The position numbers were made by a program, and so were the translations under genes. Of a stretch of 64,000 bases of DNA, positions 47,956-64,000 are shown one piece after another. The notes under the pieces were generated by a model. It made no database searches and was not told the DNA's origin. It saw nothing but the letters and a program-made list of their open reading frames with translations. Source of the stretch: the human T2T-CHM13v2.0 reference genome, Homo sapiens. The first letter of the stretch is position 1. Each line of letters begins with the position of its first letter. The DNA lies in assembly GCF_009914755.1 (NCBI RefSeq), contig NC_060933.1; one strand, 5' to 3'.

Positions 47956-48779
47956 GTTTTAGAGTTTTGGTTCTATGATTAATTTTATAATGTTTTATTG
48001 TGGTAAAGCCTATGTAATAAGCTTTGCCATTTTAAACATAAAATTCGGAGGCATTAATTACATTCATAATGTTGTGCAATCATCAAAACTATGTATTTCC
48101 AAAAAGTTTTTTCACCCCAAACTGAAACTCTGTACTCATTAAGCAATAACTCCTCATTCTCCCTTTCCTCCCAAGTCCCTGGTAGGAATAAATTTTATGG
48201 TATTTTAATTAATTTAAATGTAAAAAACTAAATGCAGCTGGTGGCTATCATACGGGACCTCACAGTTCTAACACCACCAGTATCAACCCCTGGACAGATA
48301 TAATCATTTCTAAGCTGCCTTTGCATTTCTTATTATTCTATTTATGGTAATCTGTAATCTATTCTCCCACAAAGCTGGACTATTCCTGTAAGAACATATC
48401 TTATACCATTTCATTCCCAGCTCTGAATCCTCCAGTGGTTACCTATGACAATTAACAAAGAAATCCAAGCTCTTTACTATGGTCTGTATTTATCTGCTCC
48501 TCAGAGTGTGCATTCTCCTTTCCGCCTCCCAGTGCCTGCAGCCTGACTGGTCTTTGTAGTGATCTTTGAGCTCATCAAGTGCTGTCTGTATTCAGACTCT
48601 GCACAGTGTCTCTTCTCTCTGCCCTCTAGACATTCGCTTAACTCACTCCGTCATACCGTTCTGACCTGCTCAAGTGTCATCTCCTCAAAAAGATTGTTCC
48701 AGAGCTCTCTATCTAAAGTAGCAGTCCCTGACACCCTGAATGTGATTACCCTACCTTATTTTCTTTGTATTATTATACT

Positions 48780-48932
<153 letters not shown>

Positions 48933-49227
48933 TATTATATTTCTTCATAGCGCTTAGTACATCCATCACTTTAGTGTGCAACTGTTTGTGCATTTATGTT
49001 CTATCTCTGTCACTATACTGCAAGCTCCATAAAGACAGACCTTCTCTCTCCAGTTCCCATAATACTACCCAGCATAAAATAGGCTGTAAGTAAACATTTA
49101 TTGACTACATAAAAGAAGAATCTTATTCATGTCAAGGCTGTAATCTATGTTAGACTCAAAGAGATAGTCTCCTGACTAAATAGAAGTGTTTCTTTATTGA
49201 AGCATGCCTTTAAAAAAAGTATTGCAC

Positions 49228-50412
<1,185 letters not shown>

Positions 50413-50430
50413 GTACATGTACAAATTAGA

Positions 50431-50808
50431 GTACACCATGGAATGTTATGCAGCCATAAAAAATCATGAGTTCATGTTCTTTGCAGGGACATGGATGAAA
50501 CTAGAAGCCATCATTGTCAGCAAACTAACACAGGAACAGAACACCAAACAGTGCATGTTCTCACTCATAAATGGGAGTTGAACAATGAGAACACATGGAC
50601 ACATGGAGGGGAACATCACACACAGAGGCCTGTCAGGGGTTGGAGGGGAAGAGGAGGGAGAGCATTAGACAAATACCTCATGTATGTGGGGCTTAAAACT
50701 TAGATTACAGGTTGATAGATGGAGCGAACCACCACAGCACATGTATACCTATGTAACAAACCTGTACATTCTGCACATGTATCCCAGAACTTAAAGTAAA
50801 ATTTTTAA
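50431..50808 (+). mobile_element. L1PA (about PA8-like) 3' end
   Basis: TACACCATGGAA...CAGAACTTAAAGTAAAA. Confidence 0.85.
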
Positions 50809-50809
50809 A

Positions 50810-51570
50810 ACAGATATAAATATTGTATACATAAAAAAGACACACAATGTTTATGAATAGAAAGATTTTATATTGTAAATAAGTCATTTCTACTCATTAA
50901 ATTATGGTTGAATGCAATCCTACTCAACATCCTATCAGGTAATTTGAAAATTGACAAGCTAATTTAAAGTTTTTTTGAAAATTTAAAAGGACAAGAAGAA
51001 CCAAGAAAGTCCTGAAGAAGAACAGAGCTCAAGAATGTATACCATCAGATGTCTCCAACTTTATTACAATTAAAATAAGATGGTATTAGCAGGACATACA
51101 AATAGAGAAACAAAAAACAAACTCATACTTACACCATCACCTGATTTATGACAAGGGTGAAACTGCAGTGCAGTGAGGAAATAATAATCTTCTCAATAAA
51201 TGGTGGTAGATAATTTAGATATCAATATGGGAGAATAAAAGACTTTAACCCTTGTCTTGTGTCACAAACAAAAGTCAATCGTAGGTGGGTTATAAAGCTC
51301 AATCTGAAATGTTAAAAATTTTAAAAAAAAGCTTCTGTAACATAGAAGAATATCTTTATGACAATGGGGTAGACAAAAATTTCTTAAGCAAGACTAAATA
51401 AGCGTTAACTACACAGAAAAAGTCTGATAAATTGAACTACATTAAAATTAAGAAATTGGTATTAACGAAGTCACCATTAAGAGAAAGAAAAGACAAGTTA
51501 AATTGGGAGAAGATATCTGCAATGTTTAGGTCCAATCAAAAACCTATATCCAGAATATATAAAAATTTCC
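50810..51570 (+). mobile_element. Old L1M ORF2 fragment
   Basis: Decayed motifs (CAATAAATGGTG, ATAAATTGAACTACATTAAAATTAAG, ATATCCAGAATATATAA). Confidence 0.65.
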
Positions 51571-51616
51571 TACAAATCTTCATGTATTCTGGATATAAAT
51601 TTATGATTGGACATAA

Positions 51617-54246
<2,630 letters not shown>

Positions 54247-55028
54247 TATTAAAAATCATTGAAATGTACACTTTTAAAAAAAAGAGTGTATTCTATCAGG
54301 ATTCTGACTAGAGTGCTCTAGAGTATGACATAGGATAGGGAATGTCTTAACAAGCTTCAAAATTCTAGGAACAATGAAACTAGGAAAAAAGCTTTGAAAA
54401 ATGCCAGGGATTCAACTGCCTCCCTGGCCTTTCCCTGCCAATCAATGTGCCCCAGCAGCCAATTTACACAGCACTGTGTGCAGGCTTGTAAATAGACCTT
54501 CCAGTTCTGCTATAATCAAGACCTTATTGTCCATAACTCAATTTAGAGAAGGTTTAGCTGTCTACCAACTCTTGTGCAGAGTTTCTGTGAAGTTTTGTTT
54601 TGGGTTGCAAGAATCTGGAAAACAAATGCAGACATTTTTGAGGAAGATTTTGAAATTTCTATTTACAAGGTACCCAAAATGGGATGCAAACTTGAATTTG
54701 GTTGATCTTCTGAAATACATACCTGTGTTTTAAGATTTGCTTGAGCAAACCTTTAACCATGGAAATTTGAAACAATGATTTCCAGGTTGAAATAATTCCA
54801 GTTTTGTCATATAAATACCACAAATGAATCTGTTTTAGCACAGGGTACAAATATCTTTTTTCCTTTTGTGCATTTGGCAATAGTGTGTTTTGGTAATAAA
54901 ACATAGATCTGCATATTAATGAAACATAGCTCTGCATATTTTGTCTGGGGAAAATTAGCATTCTGTGAACAAAGTCAACAATTTCTGGCCTCGCATTAGT
55001 TTTCCTATTATAATTAAAACTTAGTTTT

Positions 55029-55348
55029 GGCCAGGCGTGGTGGCTCATGCCTGTAATCCCCGCAATTTGGGAGGCCAAAGCAGGCGGATCACGAGGCCAG
55101 GAGGTCGAGACCATCCTGGCTAACATGGTGAAACCCCGTCTCTACTAAAAATACAAAAAAAAAAAAAATTAGCTAGGTGTGGTGGTGGGCACCTGTAGTC
55201 CCAGCTACTCAGGAGGCTGAGGCAGGAGAATGGCATGAACCTGGGAGGCAGAGCTTGCAGCGAGCTGAGATCACACCACTGCACTCTAGCCTGGATGACA
55301 GAGTGAGACTCTGTCAAAAAAAAACAAAAACAAAAACAAACAAAAAAA
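55029..55348 (+). mobile_element. AluY-like
   Basis: Dimeric Alu; TSD ACTTAGTTTT. Confidence 0.92.
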
Positions 55349-55856
55349 CACTTAGTTTTGAAAATATCTTGGTGTTAAATTTCCAATGCTTCAATATTAC
55401 AATTAAAACCTTGCTTTACTGAGAGCAGAAACATAATGCAGAAAAGAAAAAAGACCAACAGTCTCTAGATTGCTGAATTTATGTGGATATGATGGGGTTG
55501 GTGTTTAATGATTTATCCCTTGAATCATAGCAAAGATGCTTTTGTGAAGCATAGCTCTTTCATAAATATACTTTCCAACCATTCAGCATGACCTATCTTT
55601 TGGTTTCTTTTGCTTTGTGTTTCTGCTCTGATATCATTTCTGGAAACAAATTACAGTAACAAATTTATTGAGAGCTGGCATTGTGAATTGTGCCTAGGAT
55701 TTAATTCATAAAGGGAAGGTGAATTCTGCTGAAAGGTGCTTAACACACTGCCCCCCAAATCAAGAGAAACAGGCCATTCTGGGACACACATAGCCTGTCT
55801 CACACAGGGGTCAGGAAGCAGAGATATCAGGGAATTGGGACTATGTCTTTATGATA

Positions 55857-57435
55857 GATATGGTTAGGCTTTGTGTGCCCCCATCTCTTCTTGAATTGTA
55901 ATCCCCAGGTGTTAAGGGACACACCTGGTGGGAGGTGATTGGATCATGGGGGGTGGTTTCCCCCATGCTGTTCTTGTGACACTGAGTGAATTCTCATGAA
56001 TTCTGATGGTTTTATAAATCGAAGTTTTTTCTGCACACACATGTTCTTTCTCCTGCTGCCATGTAAGAAGGTCCAGTTTGCTTCTCCTTTGCCTTTTGCC
56101 ATGATTGTAAGTTTCCTGAGGCCTCCCCAGCTATGAGTAACTGTGAGTCAATTTAACCTTTTTGCTTTATAAATTACCCAGTCTTGGGAAGATTTTTATT
56201 GCAGTGTGAGAATGGACTATTATAGTAAATTCGTGCTGGTAGAGTTGGGTACTGCTGTAAAGATACCCAGCAATGTAAAAGCGACTTTGGGTCTGGAGAT
56301 GGAGATGAGAAACCTATTGGGAACTAGAGCAAAGGTCACTCTTGCTATGCTTAAGCAGAGACTGGCAGCATTTTCCCCCCTGCCCTAAAGAGCTGTGGAA
56401 CTTTGAACTTAGATTATCTGAAATTGAAACTTACGTTTAAAAGGGAAGCAGAGCATAAAAGTTTGGAAAAATTTGCAGCCTGATAATGCTATAGAAAAGA
56501 CAAACCCATTATTTGGGGAAAAATTCAAGCCAGCTGCAAAAATTTGCATAAGCCACAGGGAGCCTAATGTTAATCACCAAGACAATGGGGAAAATGTCTC
56601 CAGGGCATGTCAGAGACCTTCACAGAAGCCTTTCCCATCACAGACCAGGAGGTCTAAGAGGAAAAAATGGCTTTGTGTGCAGGGTCCAGGCCTTGCTGCT
56701 TTGTGCAGCCTCAGTACTTGGTGCCCTGTGTCCCAGCCACTACATCTGTGGCTAAAAGGGGCCAAGGTACAGTTCAGACCATTGCTTCTGTAGGTACAAG
56801 CCCCAAGCTTTGTTGGCTTCCATGTGGTGTTGAGCATGTGAGTGCACAGAAGTCAAGAATTGGGGTTTGGGAACCTCCACCTGGATTTCAGAGGATGTAA
56901 GGAAAAGCCTGGATATACAGGCAGATGTTTGCTGCAGGGGTGGAGCCCTCATGGAGAACCTCTGTTAGGGCAGTGCAGAAGAGAAATGTGAGGTCAGAGC
57001 CTTCACACACAGTCCCCACTGAGGCACTGCCTAGTGGAGCTGTGAGAAGAGAGCCACTATTCTCCAGATCCCAGAATGGTAGATCAACCAACAGCTTGCA
57101 CTGTACATCTGGAAAAGCTGCAGACACTCAATGCCAGCCTATGAAAGCAGCTTGGAATGGGGCTGTACCCTGCAAAGGCACAGGGGCAGAGCTGCCCAAG
57201 ACCATGAGAGTCTACTTCTTCCACCAGTGTGACCTGAATGTGAGACATAGAGTCAAAGGAGATTATTTTGGAGCTGTAAAATTCAATGAATACCCTGCTG
57301 GATTCTGGACTTGCATGGGGCTTTTAGCCCCTTTGTTTTGTCCAATTCTCCTATATGGAATGGGAGCATCCTCATCCAATGCCTGTACCCTCATTGTGTC
57401 TTAGAAGTAATTAACTTGCTTTTGATTTTATAGGC
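55857..57435 (+). mobile_element. MaLR (THE1D/MSTA-like): 5' LTR (~55857-56224) plus internal region, no 3' LTR
   Basis: GATATGGTTAGG...CCATGATTGTAAGTTTCCTGAGGCCTCCCCAGC...TAAATTACCCAGTCT; the internal region ends at TTGCTTTTGATTTTATAGGC. Confidence 0.85.
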
Positions 57436-58650
57436 CATGCTAATCAGCATTCAGTTCTAGATTCCAATTTATTCTCAGTGTGCCTGTATAACTTTTCTTT
57501 CTATACATATATAATTAAATTTCTATTACTTATTTGAATGTTATAGAATACTGTTCATATATTTAAAATAAAACCACCAGGTATAATGATTTCTGGCTTA
57601 GTATAAAAAAGCTTTTACCCAGTTAGTGTTATTTACACAGGTGGATGTGGCTCTACAACATTTAGAGAAGAAGAATAAATTCAGCTGTCATATGTTGCCA
57701 TGACTCTGCCTCTGAAGAGATTATGAAAAAATCCAAATTTCAGCAAAATTATATGGTTGTTTTCAGTACCTCTGAAGGTGCTATATCAAGAATTCTCATG
57801 CTACTCTTTGAGAAAACAGATTGCGTTTTTACCTAGAAAATCAACTGCAAGGCATTTTTATAACCTTACCCCAAGTAAAAAAAATACATTGAAATATACT
57901 AATAAATGCAGACTACATTACTTGAAAAATGGTAATACAGAATGCCACTTTTAATATTTGAAAATATGAATTTTTGGTAGAAATAATGTAAAATAAAGCT
58001 TCTGGTAAGCCTTAGGCAGTTAAATTTACATCAGTGTAAAGTAGGATGAAAATCTGTAAAAAATAAAAACAAAAAAACAAACAAAAACCTACACCAAAAA
58101 AACCCTAACATCCACCAATGCATACATATTGATCTTTGTGCTGGGAAAATCTAAAGCAGAACATTTTGGTAAACTTGATAGTTATTTATTTTGACTATAT
58201 TGGCATGTTGATAAAACTACTTATATTTAATTTGAGTGAAACATGTCCACATTATTAAAAGTGTTGCTTTGTACTATGAATGATGGATGTAAAGTCTTGA
58301 TCCTCATCCAAATAAATATGGCAACACTTTCTTCTGCTTCTTTCAAGCTGAGGCATTCTGAAAGCTCAAATTTGAAGTGAGAGGGACTTAACATCAGAGC
58401 CTGAAAAACCAAGAAGAATGAGGTAGGATGGTCAGCTCTGAAGCTCAGGGTGGCCTGGGGAAACTCAATATAATGATGTCAACTATGAAGCTTACTGGGT
58501 AAAACTACAAATAGGCCGATCTCATTTCACAGAGGTAAGCCGACACTCCCTTTTCCAAGAAAGTAAAAAAGAAAACAAGCAAATAAAACTAAAAATACAA
58601 ACGTGAAAACATCATGGCTTAAATTTGGTGGGAAGAAGCCTCTGGGATCA

Positions 58651-58826
<176 letters not shown>

Positions 58827-59391
58827 GAATTGAGCCAGAATAAAATGTATTTAAGGGTTATTAAGGGGAATGTTTCTAGCACATAAGTGTTTGTTCCACG
58901 TCTTATTATATTAGGCAATATCCTTTCATGTAATATCAGCTTCTCCAAGATAGGGATGTCAAAGAGAAACTAAGACAAATGCCTAATATGTCATAGGCAT
59001 TTTGTTCTCAAATTTAACAAACTTGTAATGATTATATAAATTTTACTGAACTGTGTTTTATGTATAAACCTCACCTAAAGGCATTATCCAGTACATCCAA
59101 CCTTCAGTCTTTTCTGGGATGTTCTGTTGCCTGATTTCAAATAAAACTTATTGAAATTATAGCAATTTCTCCAGTCCCAGATGTAAAAATGAGAAAGCAG
59201 AAATAAAGCCAAATTACCCCCAAAAGAATATGCATTATACGTATAGAACAAATGAACCCAAAACCACATAAGGTAAACAACAAAACTACTGGTTCAAAAT
59301 TAAGCCTAACTTCAACAGTACCAGGCAAAAACCATTTGTAAAAATTACCAAAGTCAAAATACAGAAACCGTTAGACTATTATGCCAATAAA

Positions 59392-60459
59392 TATCAGGGA
59401 ACCTGCCCCGATAGTCAGGTAGGTTCTTTTCTATTTTCCCTAAGTGTCAGCTGGTTTGAGAAATAAAGGGTGAAAGTACAAAAGAGAGAAATTTTAAAGC
59501 TGGGCATCCAGGGGAGACATCACATGTCAGTAGGTTCCATGATGCCCCCCAAGCCGCAAGACCAGCAAGTTTTTATTAGGGACTTTCAAAAGAGGAGGGA
59601 GTGTACGAATAGGCTGTGGGTCATAAAGATCACGTACTTCACAAGGTAATAGAATATCACAAGGCAAATGGAGGCAGGGCAAGATCACAGGACCACAGGA
59701 CCAGGGCAAAATTAAAATTGCTAATGAGGTTTTGGACACCATTGTCATTGACAACATCTTATCAGGAGACAGGGTTTGAGAGCAACCGGTCTGACCAAAA
59801 TTTATTAGGCAGGAATTTCCTCTTCCTAGTAAGACTGGGAGTGCTACAGGAGACTGGGGTTTATTTCATCCCTACAGTTTTGACCATCGAAGATGGCCAC
59901 ACCCAAGGGGGCCATTTATAGGCCCACCCTCAGGGGTGCATTCTCTTTCTCAGGGATGTTCCTTGCTGAGAAAAAGAATTCAGCGATATTTCTCCCATTT
60001 GCTTTTGAAAGAAGAGAAATATGGCTCTGTTCCACCTGGATCACCAGCAGTCAGAGTCTAAGGTTATCTCTCTTATTCCCTGAACAATTGCTGTTATCCT
60101 GTTCTTTTTTCAAGGTGTCCAGATTTCATATTGTTCAAACACACATGCTCTACAATCTGTGCAGTTAACGCAATTATCACAGGGTCCTGAGGTGACATAC
60201 ATCCTCCTCAGCTGACAGGATTAAGAGATTAAAGTAAAGACAGGCATAGGAAATCACAAGGGTATTGATTTGGAAAGTGATAAGTGTCCATGAAATCTTC
60301 ACAATTTGTGTTTAGAGATTGCAGTAAAGTCAGGCATAGGAAATTATAAAAGTATTAATTTGGGGAACTAATAAATGTCCATGAAATCATCACAGTCCAC
60401 ATTCTTCTGCCATAGCTTCAGCCGGTCCCCACATTTGGGGTCCCTGACTTCCCACAACA
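59392..60459 (-). mobile_element. Solo MER11 LTR (HERV-K11/HML-8)
   Basis: Minus strand starts TGTTGTGGGAAGTCAGGGACCCC and ends ...GGTTCCCTGATA; 6-bp TSD AATAAA (59386-59391 / 60460-60465). Confidence 0.92.
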
Positions 60460-60658
60460 AATAAAAAATTACCATTTAAAAAATACATTAAATATAACAG
60501 AACGTATACAATTACAATAAAATATTTTTAAATGATAATCTTATTTTCAAATATTTACCGTATTTAGACAAGACTTTTAATGAAAAATACTTATAGCTAC
60601 AATGTATGAATTAAAATAGCCCTGGAAGAAATAGTAATTCTATTAATAATAAAGATTA

Positions 60659-60994
<336 letters not shown>

Positions 60995-61787
60995 CTAATG
61001 ACCCAAATCAAGCTCAGATGTGTTTGATTTTAAAATTCTCCTTTTTCCACTGTGGACAATGTTGATGTAACAGTTAAATCTTGGTCTCAGAGTTGGTGGT
61101 TGGGAATAAATCAAGGCAAGTACTATTATGCTTTGTTTTGTATTCTTTATCACCAACATTTTCTTCTCTAATATGTCAGTATTTACATTTGGACCACAGC
61201 TGACTTTTACTGAAGTCTACTATAAAACATAGCTAAATTGAAAATTAATGTGATCACAAAATGATTTGTCATGAAAGCAGGTATATTTTTCAAGTTTCAG
61301 CTCAGTCACAAATTTGTATGTATTTGAATTTTTTGAAAATTTCTGACATATACTCAAGTAAATATCAAATGTATTGTTTTATTCAATTTTTTGGATTCAA
61401 TTAAAAAATAATTTTTATTCAAGTTTGTTGTTATATTTACTTTTGACCAAATTTGACTTTCCAAACAGGAAAAGCTAAAGCATTTTTTTCAAAGGTTCAA
61501 GGGACTTAAGCTTACTGGCATCAAATGTTCTGTAGTAAAACAGGCAAATAAAACCTAATATTTTTATCAATAATAATTTAATAGTTTTATGTCTGAGAAC
61601 CTAAGAATCAAAGACATCAACTCCAGATGATGTCAATTGCATAATTACACTGGTAAGATAGAAAATGATTATCAGAATCTAACAAATGATGGATATGGCA
61701 ACCTAACACCTGACAAAACCATTCAGGATGTGTTAGACAAACAAGAAGGTATTACTAATGTAAAGCTTTTTCTTTCTCTAACTTTAC

Positions 61788-62088
61788 TTTTTTTTTTTTT
61801 TTTTTTTGAGATGGAATCTCACTCTGTTGCCCAGGCTGGAGTGCAGTGGTGCAGTCTCGGCTCACTGAAAGCTCCGCCTCCCGGGTTCACGCCATTCTCC
61901 TGCCTTAGCCTCCTGAGTGGCTGGGACTACAGGCGCCCGCCATGACACCTGGCTAATTTTTTATATTTTTTAGTAGAGACGGGCTTTCAAAATGTTAGCC
62001 AGGATGGTCTCAATCTCCTGACCTTGTGATCCGCCTCCCTCAGCCTCCCAAAGTGCTGATATTACAGGCATGAGCCACCGAGCCTGGC
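61788..62088 (-). mobile_element. AluY-like
   Basis: Reverse Alu; TSD AACTTTACT. Confidence 0.92.
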
Positions 62089-63380
62089 CCAACTTTACTC
62101 TTTATTCTCAACCTTACAACCATCAGATACTCATGTACACAGAATAAGAAAAATTAACTTTTTTTCCTTGAAGGCAATGTTTCATCTTGTATTTTATAAT
62201 ATCTGTTCCACATTGCTGTGACAATGCTGTTGAAGTGCACCTTCTTTCCTTCACCAAAAGATCACCTGTGTGAATTTGAATAGATGGTCACTGGAGGGGA
62301 CCAGCTTGGCACATTGGATTGAATTGTCTCTTTGCTTTTCAGGGAAAGTGGCTTTGAAAAGACTGAAAATAAAGTGACTGCTGATTAAGCAGATGGCTTG
62401 CCATGTAAATAGGACAATTGTTTGAAAATCACATCGCATGAACTACAACTATTAAAATGTGAAATGCATGATGCAAATAGTGCACAAAAAAATAGAGTGA
62501 AAATGATGAATACAGCCATAAAAGACAGCCAAACTCCATTTTAGCAATAAAGTAAAATATAATCTGCTGTCAGGGGAAGGTAATTTGAAGTACTTGAGAT
62601 GTTCTTTAATTTAAAAATCCAAAAATATTTTTAGCTTTAGTTACTATAAAACATGTTTAAGCATTTTCCATTTGAAATAAAATTTTAATTTCATGCTTTG
62701 TCAGTTTAGTTTCCCTAAATAAATAGAAAATAGTAAAATATCGCATACTAAAAAAATCAACTTCTTTGGTAATAAATCAGTTCAACTGTCAGACCAAAAC
62801 ATAGTTACATTTTACCCAATGTCATGCTGACCAATTTGATCAAATGCCACTTCCTTATAACTAAGAGAGATGCAAAGATGTAGACTTTATGTTGAGTGAG
62901 ACAGGTAAGGATTACTAGGAGTTAGATAATTGTTTTATTAATCAAGGTCGATTTTAATTACTATTTTGTCTCTATGTTAATTAATGGTCTTGATTCAAGA
63001 AATTTTTTTTAAAACTCGTCTTCTCAGTCAGGCAAAATATTAACAAAAAGGCATAGAAATGAAGGCATTTAACACAGTCATAGTTTACATTTTAAAATTA
63101 AAGTACTTCTAGAAATAACAAAAAAAGAAAAACGATATAAAAACAAATGAACTTAATTTTTGGTGCAAAGCACTCATTACTAAGCCTAACACAAATATTT
63201 TGGTAAAGGCTTTCTAACACTGACATTCTTCTCATGACTTAAAAGAGCCACTAATTTTACTTTTGACATATATTTAGTTTTAATGTTAAAAGCTAAAAGG
63301 AGCCTATTATTTTATTTATAATTTGTGGTCTTCATGTACATCATCATCCATTGAGTCGACTAAAGTTTCTGAAAGTTTCA

Positions 63381-63584
<204 letters not shown>

Positions 63585-64000
63585 TTAATGACCACATGTG
63601 AAGTTTCTTTTGAACTAATTATAACTGCCTATTTTTATTGCTTTTTTTGCTCCTATTAGAAAAAATATTAAAGTTCCTGTTACTACAAACACAATCTATT
63701 CAAATCTAAGCATAGTGCTTATCTTAAAAGATCCATATGCTTGGAATTCTGGAAATCCTATTCTCCATTTAAAATACTGCTTTTCAGTAAGCCAAATGGG
63801 GCAATTGTGGCTCACAATCATAAATTATTAAATATTAATACCATCATCTAGATGGAACTTTTAGTTATCTGCATGTTCAAATGGTTTTAACTTACAATAA
63901 GTCAGAAACTATAAATTTTTATAAACTATAAAAATAAACAAAAAATATATTTATCAATGCATTGTTTTTCAGTTTTAAAATACTTAGCCCCAGGATTATT

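Overview
Primate (human/great-ape-type) genomic DNA from a repeat-rich, segmental-duplication-like region, with no intact protein-coding gene. The core is a + strand unprocessed pseudogene of the ANKRD30A/ANKRD30B family, closest to ANKRD30BL. It has a CpG-island promoter, an ATG at 18804, a premature TAA in exon 3, an apparently deleted exon 4, several frameshifts, an AluY inside one exon and an 8.6-kb HERV-IP10/LTR10 provirus inside another. Also present: a U6 pseudogene, solo LTR5B and MER11 LTRs with clean target-site duplications (TSDs), a truncated MaLR, Tigger and MER58 DNA transposons, several L1s and about 27 Alu elements or fragments. Two signals stand out. (1) An 88-bp insertion (28774-28861) looks like an L1-made retrocopy of just the R region of an ERV9/LTR12 LTR, with an extra 5' G, poly(A) and a 12-bp TSD. 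(2) Several non-Alu inverted duplications and fold-backs occur: a 146-bp inverted repeat at ~97% identity, a 117-bp inverted promoter fragment, a 95-nt hairpin and a 26-bp perfect palindrome at L1 junctions. Repeat subfamily names come from recalled consensus sequences, not from a search.
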